Both the position numbers and the translations under genes were made by a program. Positions 35,451 to 47,069 of a stretch of DNA of 64,000 bases are shown here, piece after piece. Under the pieces are notes generated by a model that was given only the letters and a program-made list of their open reading frames with translations, searched no databases and was not told the DNA's origin. Source of the stretch: Sphaerodactylus townsendi (taxonomy: Eukaryota); assembly GCF_021028975.2 (NCBI RefSeq), contig NC_059428.1, positions 40,672,001 to 40,736,000 of the forward strand, read 5' to 3'. Positions within the stretch are counted from its first letter, which is position 1. Each line of letters opens with the position of its first letter.

Positions 35451-35570
35451 GAACAGATGTCATGCTGCTTGAAGACTACAGCTCTGATGGAATTAATCAC
35501 CCACACTGCATTCAACCCCATCGACGGCGGAGTTCTGTGACGTTTGAAGACGAAGTGGAACGATTTAAAG
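35451..35570 (+). CDS. GPR161: GPR161 coding exon 4 ([14 protein letters not shown]...[16 protein letters not shown])
   Basis: 120 nt, phase 1-1. Confidence 0.95.
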
Positions 35571-36209
35571 GTGGGTTTAGACTGCCTTATGATATTGAAG
35601 TGTTGGAAGTAGAAGAAACTTCTTGAAATGCTTGTTTTAAACTTCCATTGTTAAGCATTTAAATATTTTTATTACATTTTAAAATTTTTAGAGATAGAAA
35701 TTAACAAAACAGAAAAAATAAAATGGAATTAAATCGTGGTTACAGTTAGTTCTAAAGACTGAAACAAAATTGTACATATATTTTTTTAAAAAAAATTACC
35801 AATAATGGCTATATACATCAGAGTGATAGAACTGGGGAAGAAATTCTTTGCTCATGCGCTCTTTGCCTGAATGCCATCCCCTCCCCCAACTTCCTTTTAG
35901 ATCTAATAGAAGAAGATCAAACAGATAGTGTCTGTCTTTTTTTCTCTACTAAGGCTAAAAGCAGCCAGGGGGAATTCATGTTCAATTGGGAATAGGACAA
36001 CAGAAGACAAAAGCCTCGTTCCTATCCATAATTCCCATAGCTATTTTTTCAAGACTAGACTACCACCTTATTCCATGTATAATCCTGACATCCACATTAA
36101 TAAGTACATGTGTATATGCCAGAATATCATTTATTATTTACAAAAGCTAAATCGATTCCTCCCATAAAGTTTGTGATACCTTTTCTGTGTGATTTTTCTT
36201 TTTCTGCAG

Positions 36210-36457
36210 ACACTACAAAGAATTCTGTTCTCCATGTAAAAGCTGAAGTCCATAAATGTATAGACAGCTACGCATCCAGTTTGGCCAGAGCTATTGAAGC
36301 TGATGTGAGAATTGCCTTGTTTGGAGGAGATGCTCTACCTGGCTCTTTGTTTCCAGTGCAAAGTGTGGTGGGGAGCAACTCATGTGCACGACGTGGGGGC
36401 AGGGCCCATGTTGGCCAAAGGCTGCAGCTGCAAAGCATTGAAGAAGGGAACCCTTAA
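36210..36457 (+). CDS. GPR161: GPR161 coding exon 5 ([16 protein letters not shown]...[13 protein letters not shown])
   Basis: Strong pyrimidine tract with CAG acceptor, TAA stop. Confidence 0.95.
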
Positions 36458-36622
36458 CATCACTTAAACAGGGAAGGAACCTACAAAACCACTACTGGCG
36501 ATGCAGGGCTGCTTTTGTTTTTGTTGTTTTTTAGGATTGCTTTAAAAAGCAGCCTCCAGCATTTTAGTCAAGGACATTTGAAAATATCTGAAGACTTGTC
36601 CTAAACAGTATTAGAATGGGTA

Positions 36623-36647
36623 TGTGTGTGTGTGTGTGTGTGTGTGT
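36623..36647. repeat. (TG)n microsatellite
   Basis: About 12 TG units. Confidence 0.95.
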
Positions 36648-36650
36648 CAA

Positions 36651-36944
36651 AGAGCAGCAGTGGCATAGTGGTTAAGAGCAGGTGTACTCTAATCTGGAGG
36701 AACCGGGTTTGATTCCCCGCTCTGTCACTTGAGCTGTGGCAGCTTATCTGGGGAATTCAGATTAGCCTGTGCACTCCAACACATGCCAGCTGGGTGACCT
36801 TGGGCAAGTCACAGTTCTTCTGAGCTCTCTCAGCCCCACCTACCTCACAGGGTGTTTGTTGTGAGGGGGAAAGGAGTTTGTAAGGCCCTTTGAGTCTGCT
36901 TACAGGAGAGAAAGAAGGGATATAAATCCAACTCTTCTTCTTCT
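36651..36944 (+). mobile_element. Young full-length tRNA-derived SINE (Squam3-like)
   Basis: A box TGGCATAGTGG, B box GGTTTGATTCC, (TTC)n tail. Confidence 0.88.
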
Positions 36945-36953
36945 AGTATGGAG

Positions 36954-37369
36954 CAGTGGCGGAGCTACAAGGGGACAGGCGGGTGCGTCATGCACCAGGT
37001 GCACGCCTGGGGAATGGAAAATTGCCCCCAGGCCCCTCCCCCGTATCTTCTTCATTCTCCTTTCAATACTTACCTTAGTTCTTTTAGTTCTCCTAGAACT
37101 TTTTCAGGTTGAAAAAAAGGCCTGCTCCCAGCACAGGCTGCAACAGCCTGAGGAATCCATAGGTTCCCAGGAGACCCGGCTCACAAGGTCTCCCCGGTGC
37201 TTATAGTTCCCACCTGTGTCGTTTTTAAGCCTGAACTGTGAATAGGCCTTTTTTTCAGCCTGAAAAAGTTCTAGGAAAAGGAAAGGAACTAAGGTAAGTG
37301 TGGGAAGGGGGGAAGCTGTGGGGGAGGCGGAAAATATAGACTGCGCAGTTTGGCCCAGCTACGCCTCTG
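36954..37369. mobile_element. hAT-type MITE with long internal inverted repeats
   Basis: Perfect TSD GTATGGAG; terminal repeats CAGTGGCGGAGCT / AGCTACGCCTCTG. Confidence 0.9.
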
Positions 37370-38943
37370 GTATGGAGGGAATTAGAAACAATCACAAGGC
37401 CACTGACAAATTTATTAATGTATTGGAAACTGTTTCCCCTCTCTAAGTGACAGAGAACTTCTTGCAGTGTTCACTTTCTGCTTGTTTCTCTAGCCAAAGA
37501 TATAACCTGTTTTGAAGATTGCTTCTCTCTCCATACACCACTGCTCAGGAAAACTCTTACAAGTTGCTCCAGACAGGAGTCCAGGGGCCACAGCTGTAGC
37601 AAGGGGGAACTGCGCCTGGTGCATGTGTGTGCCCTGCCACGCCCCACACCAGCACGAGTCCAGTGCAAGACACACCGCCCCGCCCCCCACTCCCTGGGTG
37701 CTATGCCACTGTACAGGGGCACCTTGAAGATTAGCAAGATGTACTCCAGCATAAACTTTTGGAGTCAGAGCTTGCTTTAAAGGGTTATCTTCTATCTAGA
37801 TTTGGGTGGGTTCTGAGTCTGAAAAAGAACAACAATGGAAAAAAAACCCCAGCAGACCTGCTTACTGCCTTTTATTAAAGCGGGCATACTTTCTGCTTCT
37901 CTTGTTAGTTTGAAAAGCCAGAAGTTCTTTCAAGGTTCGGCAAGAGAAAGAGTACCTAGCTACATGATCTGTTGAGAGTTCCGTAGACAGGGTTTCAGGG
38001 CTTTTAAAAACTTGCTCACCAGGAACCTGGGAAACCAATTTGGACTGGAACCACCACATGGGTTAATGGTTATGATAGCAGGAGTCAAAACTTTGCACTG
38101 ACCTTTTTGCTGAACTGTCTTATGCAGATTACTTTTACAACAATTTCACTGTGCTAATAATAGCCTTGAAATAGCCTTGTGTTAGCCCATACAGCCGAGT
38201 AGCTTTGGCACATGGATCAAATCCCTTTCACTAAGTTTTGTTTCATCAGAGGAAGTCTTAGCAGAAAAGAGTGATTTTCTTAGCAAAAAAGAAAAACCTT
38301 TTTCAAATAATGAGGATTTTTATTCCAAACATACTTTTATAGAGGGGAAAAGATGAGGGAAATAGAGCCAGTGTTTACTGTAATATCACAAAAAGTTTTG
38401 CGAACGTTCACGGTACTCTGTTATTGGGCACAAAAGGAACAGTTCCATCCAAAGGGCTAGTTGTGCCGCCGCACCTGCCCTCCCATTTTCAAGGAGGCTT
38501 CCTGCATCGTAGGGAGGCAAAGAACACATCAAAACCTCCGGCCGCCAGTAAGGTCCCATTGGGTTTAATGGACTAACACCACTGAAAAGGTGGTATAAGT
38601 CCAAAGCCCTGGCCAGTGTAATGGGGGCAACAGCCGGGTGGAAGCCAACAAGTGTAGGCCCCTCCCCCGGACTGACCCCACTGGCGGTGGCACAAGGATG
38701 CCGGCGCAGTGTTCAGCACTGCATTCTATTGCCATGGAGAGCTGCTGCAGCTTGATCTGCCCCTCTGCCAGGGCAAGTGCCCCAGATAGGGCAAATCCAC
38801 CACCACAGCCCTGCACCACTCCCCTTTTGGATGGGGCTGTAAGTCTGCACACTCATAGGGAAACTCTATATGTTACGTATCACTTTTATATTTCTTCTCA
38901 AGTGTTATAATGATACATGATTTTCTATATTCATTCTCTGAAA

Positions 38944-38949
38944 AATAAA
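38944..38949 (+). terminator. Candidate GPR161 polyadenylation signal AATAAA
   Basis: Canonical hexamer after U-rich sequence, implying a 3'UTR of about 2.5 kb; no transcript evidence. Confidence 0.45.
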
Positions 38950-39029
38950 AATATTTGAAGACTATGGGAATTTTTTAATTTAACAGATGACCCCACTGGT
39001 AATGAAGTATTTCTTAAATGCTGGCACAT

Positions 39030-39220
39030 GAACACATGGAGCTGCTCATACTGAATCAGACTGTTGGTCAGCCAAGGTATCGACAGACTGGCAGTGGCTC
39101 TCCAGGGTCACAGTAGAGGTCTTATCACATCACCTTCTACTTTTTTTTAAACTGTAGATGCCAAGAATTGAACCTGTGACCCTCTGTATGGCAAACAGAT
39201 GATGTACCTCTAACCATGGC
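39030..39220 (-). mobile_element. tRNA-derived SINE (same family as 20125-20320)
   Basis: Shared GACTGGCAG..GCTCT.CA...GTAGAGGTCTT.TCACAT body. Confidence 0.6.
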
Positions 39221-39539
39221 AAAACACCAGCTCTTTAAATAAGGTCTGGTTTGTAGAGCTCAGTAAGTTAAAAGGGTTTCAGCTGGCCAATCACCTTTTA
39301 TTTCAACTGCCCTCAACATTCTATGCTTTCTGAAGATCAATGAGCATGTTCATTCCTCACACGGCCATTTTTGCGGCGGCAGCAGGGTAGCTTTTTCATT
39401 CATCTATATATATTGAGCTGCACAATCCCAACCATGAACCAGAAAAAGGAAAGGGTGTAGTCTAGAGGATACCCTTTCCTGAGCAAAAAGGGCCTGACTA
39501 GACTAAAACTCCCACAGCCTTTTGTTTTACCAACAGAGT

Positions 39540-39835
39540 TCTATCTCCCAGAAGACCGAGAGGAAAGGTCTGAAGAGCAACCAGCTAAGGAGGGGCAGAA
39601 AGAGAGAGCTGGGACAGAGTGGCAGAAAAATAGAGAGCTGGGTAGGGTGAGAAAGAGGGAACTGGAATAAGGGGCAGAAAGTTAAAAAGAATTGGAGAGG
39701 GGGGCAGAAATAATTGGGGTAACGGGGCAAAAAAGAGAGCGGGGTAGCAAGGCAGAAATAGAAGATTAAGAGAAGATGTGAATGGATAGAGAGTGAGAGG
39801 CAAAGAAAAGGGGAGAACAGAAGGAAAAAGGTGGG
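39540..39835. repeat. Purine-rich low-complexity tract with recurring GGCAGAAA units
   Basis: Strong A/G strand bias; repeated GGGGCAGAAA / GGCAGAAA. Confidence 0.6.
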
Positions 39836-40504
39836 GTGCCTATGGAGAACTCTCCCCATCTTCCCAGGCACCCTAGCTAATTATGGCTTGGTTGGGGTGG
39901 AGACTCACTGTGAATCCAATTACAGAATCCTATAAAGCTATAGTTAGGCAGCCCAATCCAGATGTGGAGGGTGATGGATGGTTGAACCATGTTTGCCCCC
40001 TCCACCATCATAAGGGGCATCCATGCCCACAGAGGAAGCAAAACTACTGGCATCCAGCCACCCCATAGCTACATGCTGGGCAAACTCAGAAGTTTGGGCT
40101 GCTGCAAAGCGATGCTGCCATCTGAATGGATGCTAGTTCCAGGGGTGGGTGGGATGCAGTGTGAGCAATTCAGGTGGTCTGAGGGATTTACACTTTTCCT
40201 CCTTTCCGCACCATCTGAAGCTGCTGTGGAAATGGCATCAGCAACATGGCACCTGGCCACCACAGCGCACTCCCCTACGCACATCTGGATTGTACTCCAA
40301 GTGTTGTCTAGAAAACCTGACAAGTTATTTCCATATTATCCTAGGGATGGTTGCATTAGATTTAAAAGTAACAGATTAAATGCAGTGATAACACAAACAC
40401 ACAAATCAACACAATCTAGAAAGCAGCATCTAATTTGTACATAAAGTACAAAAGTGGCACTGTGTAACATGATGGTAAATCTAAATATGGCCTGCTCCAC
40501 TAGC

Positions 40505-40712
40505 CTGCAGCAGCAGAATCAAGCAGGAGTCTCAGGGCACCTTCAAGATTTAGCACCATTTATTCTGACTTGGGCAAGTCAGAGCTCACTTCTTCAGAGG
40601 CATATAGTGTTTACTTCATGATCCTGATGAAATTAGCTGCGGCTCACAAAATTTTACGCTGCAATAGACCTGTTAATCTTGCAGATGCCCCCAAACTCTT
40701 TGCTTTGTTACT
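40505..40712. mobile_element. Two divergently oriented Penelope-derived 3' repeats
   Basis: Minus-strand CTGAAGAAGTGAGCTCTGACT and plus-strand CTGATGAAATTAGCTGCGGCTCAC, each with the tail seen at 30335-30425. Confidence 0.55.
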
Positions 40713-40742
40713 CATCCTGGGCCAGTCAATTCCCTAGCTATA

Positions 40743-41205
40743 CAGCAGAACCTCGGTTTTCACTGCCTTCAGTTTTCATCAGTTTTGGTTTTCATCGATT
40801 TTTTCAGTGAAAAATTTGCCTCGGTTTTCATCGATTTGCAGTAAAGTGCAGGGGTTTTGTGGAGAAAAATCACGGGGACAAAGCTGTTGCAGGCTGTGTC
40901 TGCAACTTGTTTAATGACAATGTCTTGCCCCATTTCAGACAAATCTTAGAGGCGTCAGAAACAGACCTCTTTGGACAGCTTTCTGGGGCGACATTGATCC
41001 ACTGGCTCTGAAGCTGGTCCGAGTGTTATTGTTTGTTACTGTTTTCAGCATTAAACACTATGTTTATTCACCAAAAATGTGTTTTTGGTATGCTTTTTGA
41101 GTGCCTAGAACGGATTAATTGGATTTACATTGATTCCTATGGAAAAGTTTGCCTCGGTTTTCATCGATTCTTTTCAGGTTACCAACGAAAACCGAGGTTC
41201 CACTG
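40743..41205. mobile_element. Tigger/pogo-like non-autonomous DNA transposon
   Basis: TA TSD; terminal repeats CAGCAGAACCTCGGTTTTC / GAAAACCGAGGTTCCACTG; subterminal repeats CCTCGGTTTTCATCGATT. Confidence 0.9.
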
Positions 41206-41559
41206 TAATTCAACAAAGCCGTGGGCCAGGAAACAGCATAGGTCCAGTTGCAGGGCAGCGTGGTGACCCGAACGTAGGGACAAGAGACAGATCCAACGCT
41301 TTGGCCAGGGCGAGATGCCGATCTATTTAAGCATCCTCAAATACTTGCAGTTTGAAACACCAAGAAGAAACCAAGAAGTGCAAATACGGAAATAGGAACC
41401 ACTTTCAGCTTTCTTTGTTAGTAAGATAAATCGAGGGTGGCACGAAGTGCTTTGAGATCCCTGGAGGATGGGCGGAAAAAAAAATGATAAAGAGACACAA
41501 GAATCTTTCCTTGCTGTCCTCGTGGGTGCTTCAACGCATGCATTTCTCACGGATGTCTC

Positions 41560-42067
41560 GTTGGAAGAGATAAAGACAGTATTCCCCGCGCGTGGCCAGG
41601 TTTCGTATCTGTACTTTCTCAGGGTGGCACCAACGGATCGAGCTACCCAACCCATCCTCCGCCCTGAACAAGCCTTGTTGGGAATTCTTTCACCCGCCCC
41701 AGCGCGCTAAGCGATCAAACGGATTGCTTTCCTTCCCAACCAATGGCGTTGCCTTCCACCTCTCCGTTCGTTGATTGGCCAGGAAAAGAAGCGCGCGGGG
41801 AGAGATCATTTGGATCTTGGGGCGGGCGGGACACTAAGGGCGTGCCCTAACTCTTCCTTGTTTGTATTGTCGAAGGCCTGACTCTTCCCTGACTTCTTCC
41901 GGTCCTCTTTTTGTTTTGATAGGCTCCGAGGATGTCGGTGGGCGAGGAAACAGCGAGATTGGCAGGTTTCTGAAGCCTCTCCCGGCTTCTCCTTTTTCCT
42001 TTGTAGCCATCGGGGATGCACTGGATTGAGAAGGAGGTGTAAAGAGTTTGATATTTGGCGGCTTGTT
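41560..42067 (+). promoter_or_regulatory. TTF2 CpG-island promoter: CCAAT boxes (41740; inverted at 41774 and about 41958) and GC-box/E2F-like GGCGGGCGGGA
   Basis: CpG-rich region directly upstream of the TTF2 ATG; motifs read directly from the sequence. Confidence 0.65.
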
Positions 42068-42095
42068 ATGGAGAAGGTGTTGTGCCCTCCGCATG
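42068..42095 (+). CDS. TTF2: TTF2 coding exon 1 (MEKVLCPPH)
   Basis: 28 nt, GTGAG donor; recalled human start MEEVRCPEHG. Confidence 0.88.
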
Positions 42096-42791
42096 GTGAG
42101 GAATAGGCCGATTCAGCTGGGACTGGGGGCAGGCGTAGGGCAAAGGAAGAGAGCTTACTTGCCGCTTGGCCAGGCTTCAAGTTCTGCCTGCCCTCTTATT
42201 TCCACGGCAAGAAATGGAGGGAGGAAAAACCAGAACCTCAAGGCAGAAAGCCCCTGACTTCACTGGATGAAACAGTAAAAAAAAAAAATCAACTGGATGA
42301 AGTTCGAAACTACGTGCCCAGTTAGTTATCAGTTATTTGAATTCATTGCTAGAACACTTGATGGGTGGGGGGAATGCGAGTTTTCTGCCTTAGCATTCTG
42401 AACAGGATGCTGGTTACACAGACTGTAGCTTGTAGAGTCTTATGTAAAAAAGGATGGCATCTTGGCCACCATTATGGGAACATAAATCCTCCAGGGAAAT
42501 AGCCAGGTCACTACTTCTTTGTTACAGGTGTGTTTCACTGCAGTTTATGCGCCAGCTGAAGTGCTCACTGCACACCCCCCCCCCCCCCGTAAGTCTTTTT
42601 CAGTGTTCCAAAGGCAAAGTAGCTTGATGAAGTATTTTGCAGTAGTGACAGAACAGCGGTTAAAAAAATTACATATGTGGGATAGAATCAGAATTTATTA
42701 CTGTGGAACTGTTTTAGTTTTGACTTCGGCTGCTTCTATGCCTCTCCTGTGGTTCCTTTTTTAAATGTTCTTGTTTCTTTCTCCTTCTCAG

Positions 42792-42903
42792 GGGTTCCCT
42801 GTCTTTTAAAGACTGGCATAAAAGATGGCCCAAACAAAGGCAAAAGCTTTTATGTGTGTGGAGTCCAAAACCAGCCGCCTTGTGAATTTGTCTTCCCCAC
42901 CAA
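42792..42903 (+). CDS. TTF2: TTF2 coding exon 2 (GVPCLLKTGIKDGPNKGKSFYVC..., GRF-type zinc finger)
   Basis: 112 nt, phase 1-2. Confidence 0.95.
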
Positions 42904-43175
42904 GTATGTTGAACATTCTTGTGTTCTGGGTACTTACCTTAAGGACCTGTGTTTTGGAATTTCCACTGTTGGATGCACTCACATTAAGTAAAACTAATAT
43001 TGTGCCCCTTCTAATTTGACAGGAAAGGTCTTAAGCACATAAAATTGCAAATCCTGTTCAAAATAAAAAAAGTAGTAAGTTTGGGTTCAGACATTTATAA
43101 ATGTAAGCTATTAGACTCCAGTCCTAATAATTTTTCATTTTGGCATGATTTAATGTATAGGGGTTTGCTCTATAC

Positions 43176-43612
43176 CAGGGGTAGGGAACCTTTAACACTC
43201 AAAGAGCCATTTGGACCCGTTTTCCACGGGAAAAGAAAACACTTGGAGCCACAAATAATTTTTGACATTTAAAATAAAGATAACACTATATATATAGGGT
43301 TTTTTTTTTAACCTTTTACTCCGCTCATTCTAAGAAGCACATGGATGCACCCACCCTGCTGCCTGCGGGGCGGGCAAGGATGAAGCCAGCGGCTCGGCCT
43401 CACCAGCCGCCGGGAAAACACCCACCCCGCTCCAACAGGGTGGGCGAGAGGGGAAGCCCGTGGCGCGGCCCAGCCGACCGTGGGCTGTTGGTGCACCCGC
43501 CCTGCTGCCTGCAGGGCGGGCAAGGATGGGGCCGGCGGCTTGGCTTATGGAGCCACAGTGCAAGGGCAGAAGAGCCGCATGCGGCTCTCGAGCCGCAGGT
43601 TCCCTACCCCTG
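43176..43612. mobile_element. hAT-type MITE (young)
   Basis: Perfect TSD CTCTATAC; perfect terminal repeat CAGGGGTAGGGAACCT. Confidence 0.93.
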
Positions 43613-44846
43613 CTCTATACACAGGTTTGACTGGTCTCTTCCCCTCATATTTGAAACCAGATGGGAATGTTTACATTGTGTGATTCTTGGTTTTAGATGG
43701 ATTGTTACCCTGTATAAGACATGGATTGGCTCATTTACTTGAATTTTTTGGAAATATTTGATGCATGCATTCTCCCCGTGCTCTTATTGTGTGTGCTGAC
43801 ATGTGGTATGCATATACACACATATGCATGCAGATATCCTTTCTTCTGGGAAAGCAGGTAAATGTGTCAAACTTTTCTGAGACACAGTCTAACAGGATGT
43901 TCTTCTACTGTGTTTTGACACCACTTTGTTTTCTTCAATCGGGGTTCGTGTAGGACAGCCTCATGCTGAATTGTGCCTGTGGTCTTTCAACGATATGTAC
44001 AGAGCTGTGGCCCATTTAAAGGCTTGTTTGTGTGGATACTAGTAAGCAATGCTACATTTTCCTTTCAGTATCATGCTCTGCAGATCAGGTGTGACATGAT
44101 TTTTTTTAAAGCAACAATAAAGATGATGGGCTCAGAAGTATTTTTCCATCTCTGTAGATCTGCATTTCTGTGTCAGAGTATACAGGCTGAAGTTATGAAA
44201 AGCAATAAGGGGAAGCTTCAGATGTGTTGTTTACTTTTACATGCCCTGCTCTTCTTTGCATTTTTGCAGGCAGTGTTCATGTTAGATCATTGGGCTATCT
44301 TCATGCTGAAAGGCATCCACCATAGTGAGATAGTTTGGTAAACATGTTCATGGTATACTCATGGAGAAAAAGAAGAGTACTTGTATCACACGTTACACCT
44401 TACATGCTAAGTTCTGGAAAGATTATCTGTTTTTTTCTTTCGTGCATGAAACAACTATTAGGTTGTACTCCATGGTCTGAAACCTGATAGTGGGACAATA
44501 TTAGCTTTTGAAAAAGAACAAAAAAGTATTGATTGATAGATCTGATGTGGAACGTTTGGTTTGTAGCATAAATGCTGCAAAATCTTTTGGAACTATTACG
44601 AGTATTTGGGTCATAAAACACAGAAGTCCTGTAACAAGATATTTGGTCATACACTCCTACACTAGAATGAATGAATGCTCATTCTACATTAGAATGAAGG
44701 CTTAAATTCCCTTATAAGTTTTATGCCACTTGAGAAAATAGCAAGAAACGAAAGAATCTCCTATAACCTTGGTTGAAGATCTTTCAAGAACCCTCATTCA
44801 TTCCTGCCACAAACCTTGCTTATGTAAATGTCCTTTCTTCCCTCAG

Positions 44847-44933
44847 ACTTTGTCCTTCTCATTGCTTGATACACGAGGAGTGTGTGGTGGAACTGCAAGT
44901 TTTGGTCCAGCAGCAGGAGACAGACCAATATCG
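44847..44933 (+). CDS. TTF2: TTF2 coding exon 3 (LCPSHCLIHEECVVELQVLVQQQETDQY)
   Basis: 87 nt, phase 2-2. Confidence 0.93.
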
Positions 44934-45047
44934 GTATATTTTCCAAGGCACAGCTGATGTTTTGACATTCTTATATCATAGGTTGGTGTGGTCCAAAGTG
45001 TGAGGTAGCCTGCTTGACATTCCATTCTTTGTTTTGTTGTTCAACAG

Positions 45048-45114
45048 ACTGTTCTATCGATGCACGAAATGTAAAATGGAAGGGAAGCAGTGGTGTGGGA
45101 GTGTCCCATGGCAG
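45048..45114 (+). CDS. TTF2: TTF2 coding exon 4 ([22 protein letters not shown])
   Basis: 67 nt, phase 2-0. Confidence 0.93.
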
Positions 45115-45598
45115 GTACTTATACCTCGTTGCTGTTTATTTGTTGCTACAACGTAAGGTGTTAAAAGTTTCAAAACACTGATCAGTTAACTGTTTTTTTC
45201 TTCATACAGCTTGTTGCCATATGGTGCTGTCCTTACTCTTCCTACCTGCCTCTTCCTTGACAAACAGAACTTGACTGAAACTCTGTGGTTTGATCAAGGA
45301 AATTGGCAAATTTAAATGTGTTTCCCCCCACAAGCTGGGATTCTAAGCCTCGCTTAAGTATCAGCCTAAAACATCAGTTTGGGGATGGGGGCAACATGGT
45401 CCCCTTCAATTAGTTAACGGCATTTGGACATAATAGCAAGGTGGAGCTTGATCCAACCACAAAGTTTTCAAACGCTTCACAGGAGTATGCAAGCAGGGCA
45501 AATGAACCATGTTTCTACCTGATTATGAACCACTTGCAACTTTTTGTGATGTCTGAATGCAGCCTAAGGCTGCAATTCTATGTCCCTTTACTTTAGAG

Positions 45599-46258
45599 CA
45601 GGGGTCCCCAAACTTTTTAAACAGGGGGCCAGTTCACTGTCCCTCAGACTGTTGGAGGGCCAGACTAAAAAAAACTATGAACAAATTCCTATGCACAAAT
45701 GATTGTAAAATGTTTGATTTCACCTTTCAGCCTTTCTGTCATGGTCTATTTTTAGAACAGTGACCAAAGTATGTCAAGTACAGGGTGGGCTCCAAATATT
45801 GTTGGGGAGGCTGTGGAATACCTTCCCATGTAAAAAAAAAGCAGAACTTTCCCAATGAAGCATTCCATCTAACCCAGGATTAGGTATCTTCCTGGGTTTC
45901 TTTCCTCCTAGCATGCTAGCTGGCGATTCACCAGCCTGGCTGCTGATGCCAATGGGAATTGAGTGAGGGCCGGAGACAAGAAGAAAGCCACAGGAAACCC
46001 AACACATGGGGTAGCTGAGGAGGGAAGGAAGTGAGCAGGAGTTGCCACGTGTAAGGTTTCCAACTCTGGATCAGAAAATTCATGGAGATTTGGGGGTGCC
46101 ATCATGTAACTGCAATCAACAGCCGTTGGGGGCGGTTCCTCCTCTCCCTCGAGCCCCCACTGCACATGAATGGAGCCATCGCCGCCATGCCTGGCGGGCC
46201 GGATAAATGCCTTCAGGGGGCCACATTTGGCCCCCGGGCCGTAGTTTGGGGACCCCTG
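45599..46258. mobile_element. hAT (Charlie-like) MITE
   Basis: Perfect TSD CTTTAGAG; perfect terminal repeat CAGGGGTCCCCAAACT. Confidence 0.93.
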
Positions 46259-46439
46259 CTTTAGAGTAGGCCTCGATGAGCAAGCCTACATGAGCATAAA
46301 GGTCTTACTTCTGAGTAAGCATGCAAAGAAGCACTGGGGCACTCTAACACTGTGAAGGCCTCTTTCCTTGCCTCTAAATTGTTAGTTTTGAGAGGTTTTG
46401 AAACATGACTTGATCTCCTTCTTTATATATTAGCATGCA

Positions 46440-46810
46440 TGCAGTAATTATACCACTGCTTATGTTTCTCTTGAGCCCTGCTCAAATTTTCTCTCGTGAG
46501 GGCTAGACTTTCTCTCAGAGTGTTCTGTATATTATCTACATAGTCCAGGACAGAGCTAGGTTCAAACTGTTGTATGTGTACTCCTTCCCATTGGTTTCTC
46601 AACAAAGACAGAAAAAGCTTCGAAGAGAGAAAAGCCTGTGGATTCCTGGAGCACCTTGCAGTATGCAAAAAGGTGTTGTAAGGAATCATCCCAGTTATTA
46701 GGGTGCATGCCTATATAGGCTTTGAGCACCTGTCCCAAAATAGCACTGAATCTTTCAATCATGCTATTTATCTCTTTGTGGTAAGCTGTAGAAGAAAAGT
46801 GTTTAATGCA
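46440..46810 (-). mobile_element. Gypsy LTR-retrotransposon integrase remnant
   Basis: MIERFSAILGQVLKAYI..HPNNWDDSLQHLFAY...QESTGFS.FE and RENLSRAQEKHKQWY. Confidence 0.8.
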
Positions 46811-46920
46811 TTACTAGGTGGCACACCTGAGCCTTAGCAAATCTTAGCATTTCTATCGCAACTGTGTTGGTCTGCAGTAATAAAGCTAGATTTAAGTCTA
46901 TTAGCACTTTAGAGACTTAT

Positions 46921-47045
46921 GTCCCTTCCGCACTTGCAGAATTATGCACTTTCAACCCACTTTCAGTGCACTTTGCAGCTGTATTTTACTGTCTGGAATA
47001 GCAAGTGGATTGAAAGTGCATTATTCTGCATGTGCAGATGGAGTC
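46921..47045. mobile_element. Palindromic MITE (same family as 26527-26677)
   Basis: GCAGAATTATGCACTTTCAA ... TTGAAAGTGCATTATTCTGC. Confidence 0.78.
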
Positions 47046-47069
47046 CAAGATATTTTGAGAGTGTGAGCT

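Larger units (their letters stand above)
28503..36457 (+). other. GPR161: GPR161 gene span (ciliary class A GPCR, Hedgehog repressor), 5 coding exons, 521 aa
   Basis: 368+725+105+120+248 = 1566 nt open frame; DRY motif, IKARK ciliary motif, RRSS PKA site and the AKAP-like helix [13 protein letters not shown]. Confidence 0.97.

Noticed and set aside
36651-36725. tRNA gene
   Set aside because: A and B boxes are present, but it is the head of a multi-copy SINE with no proper cloverleaf.
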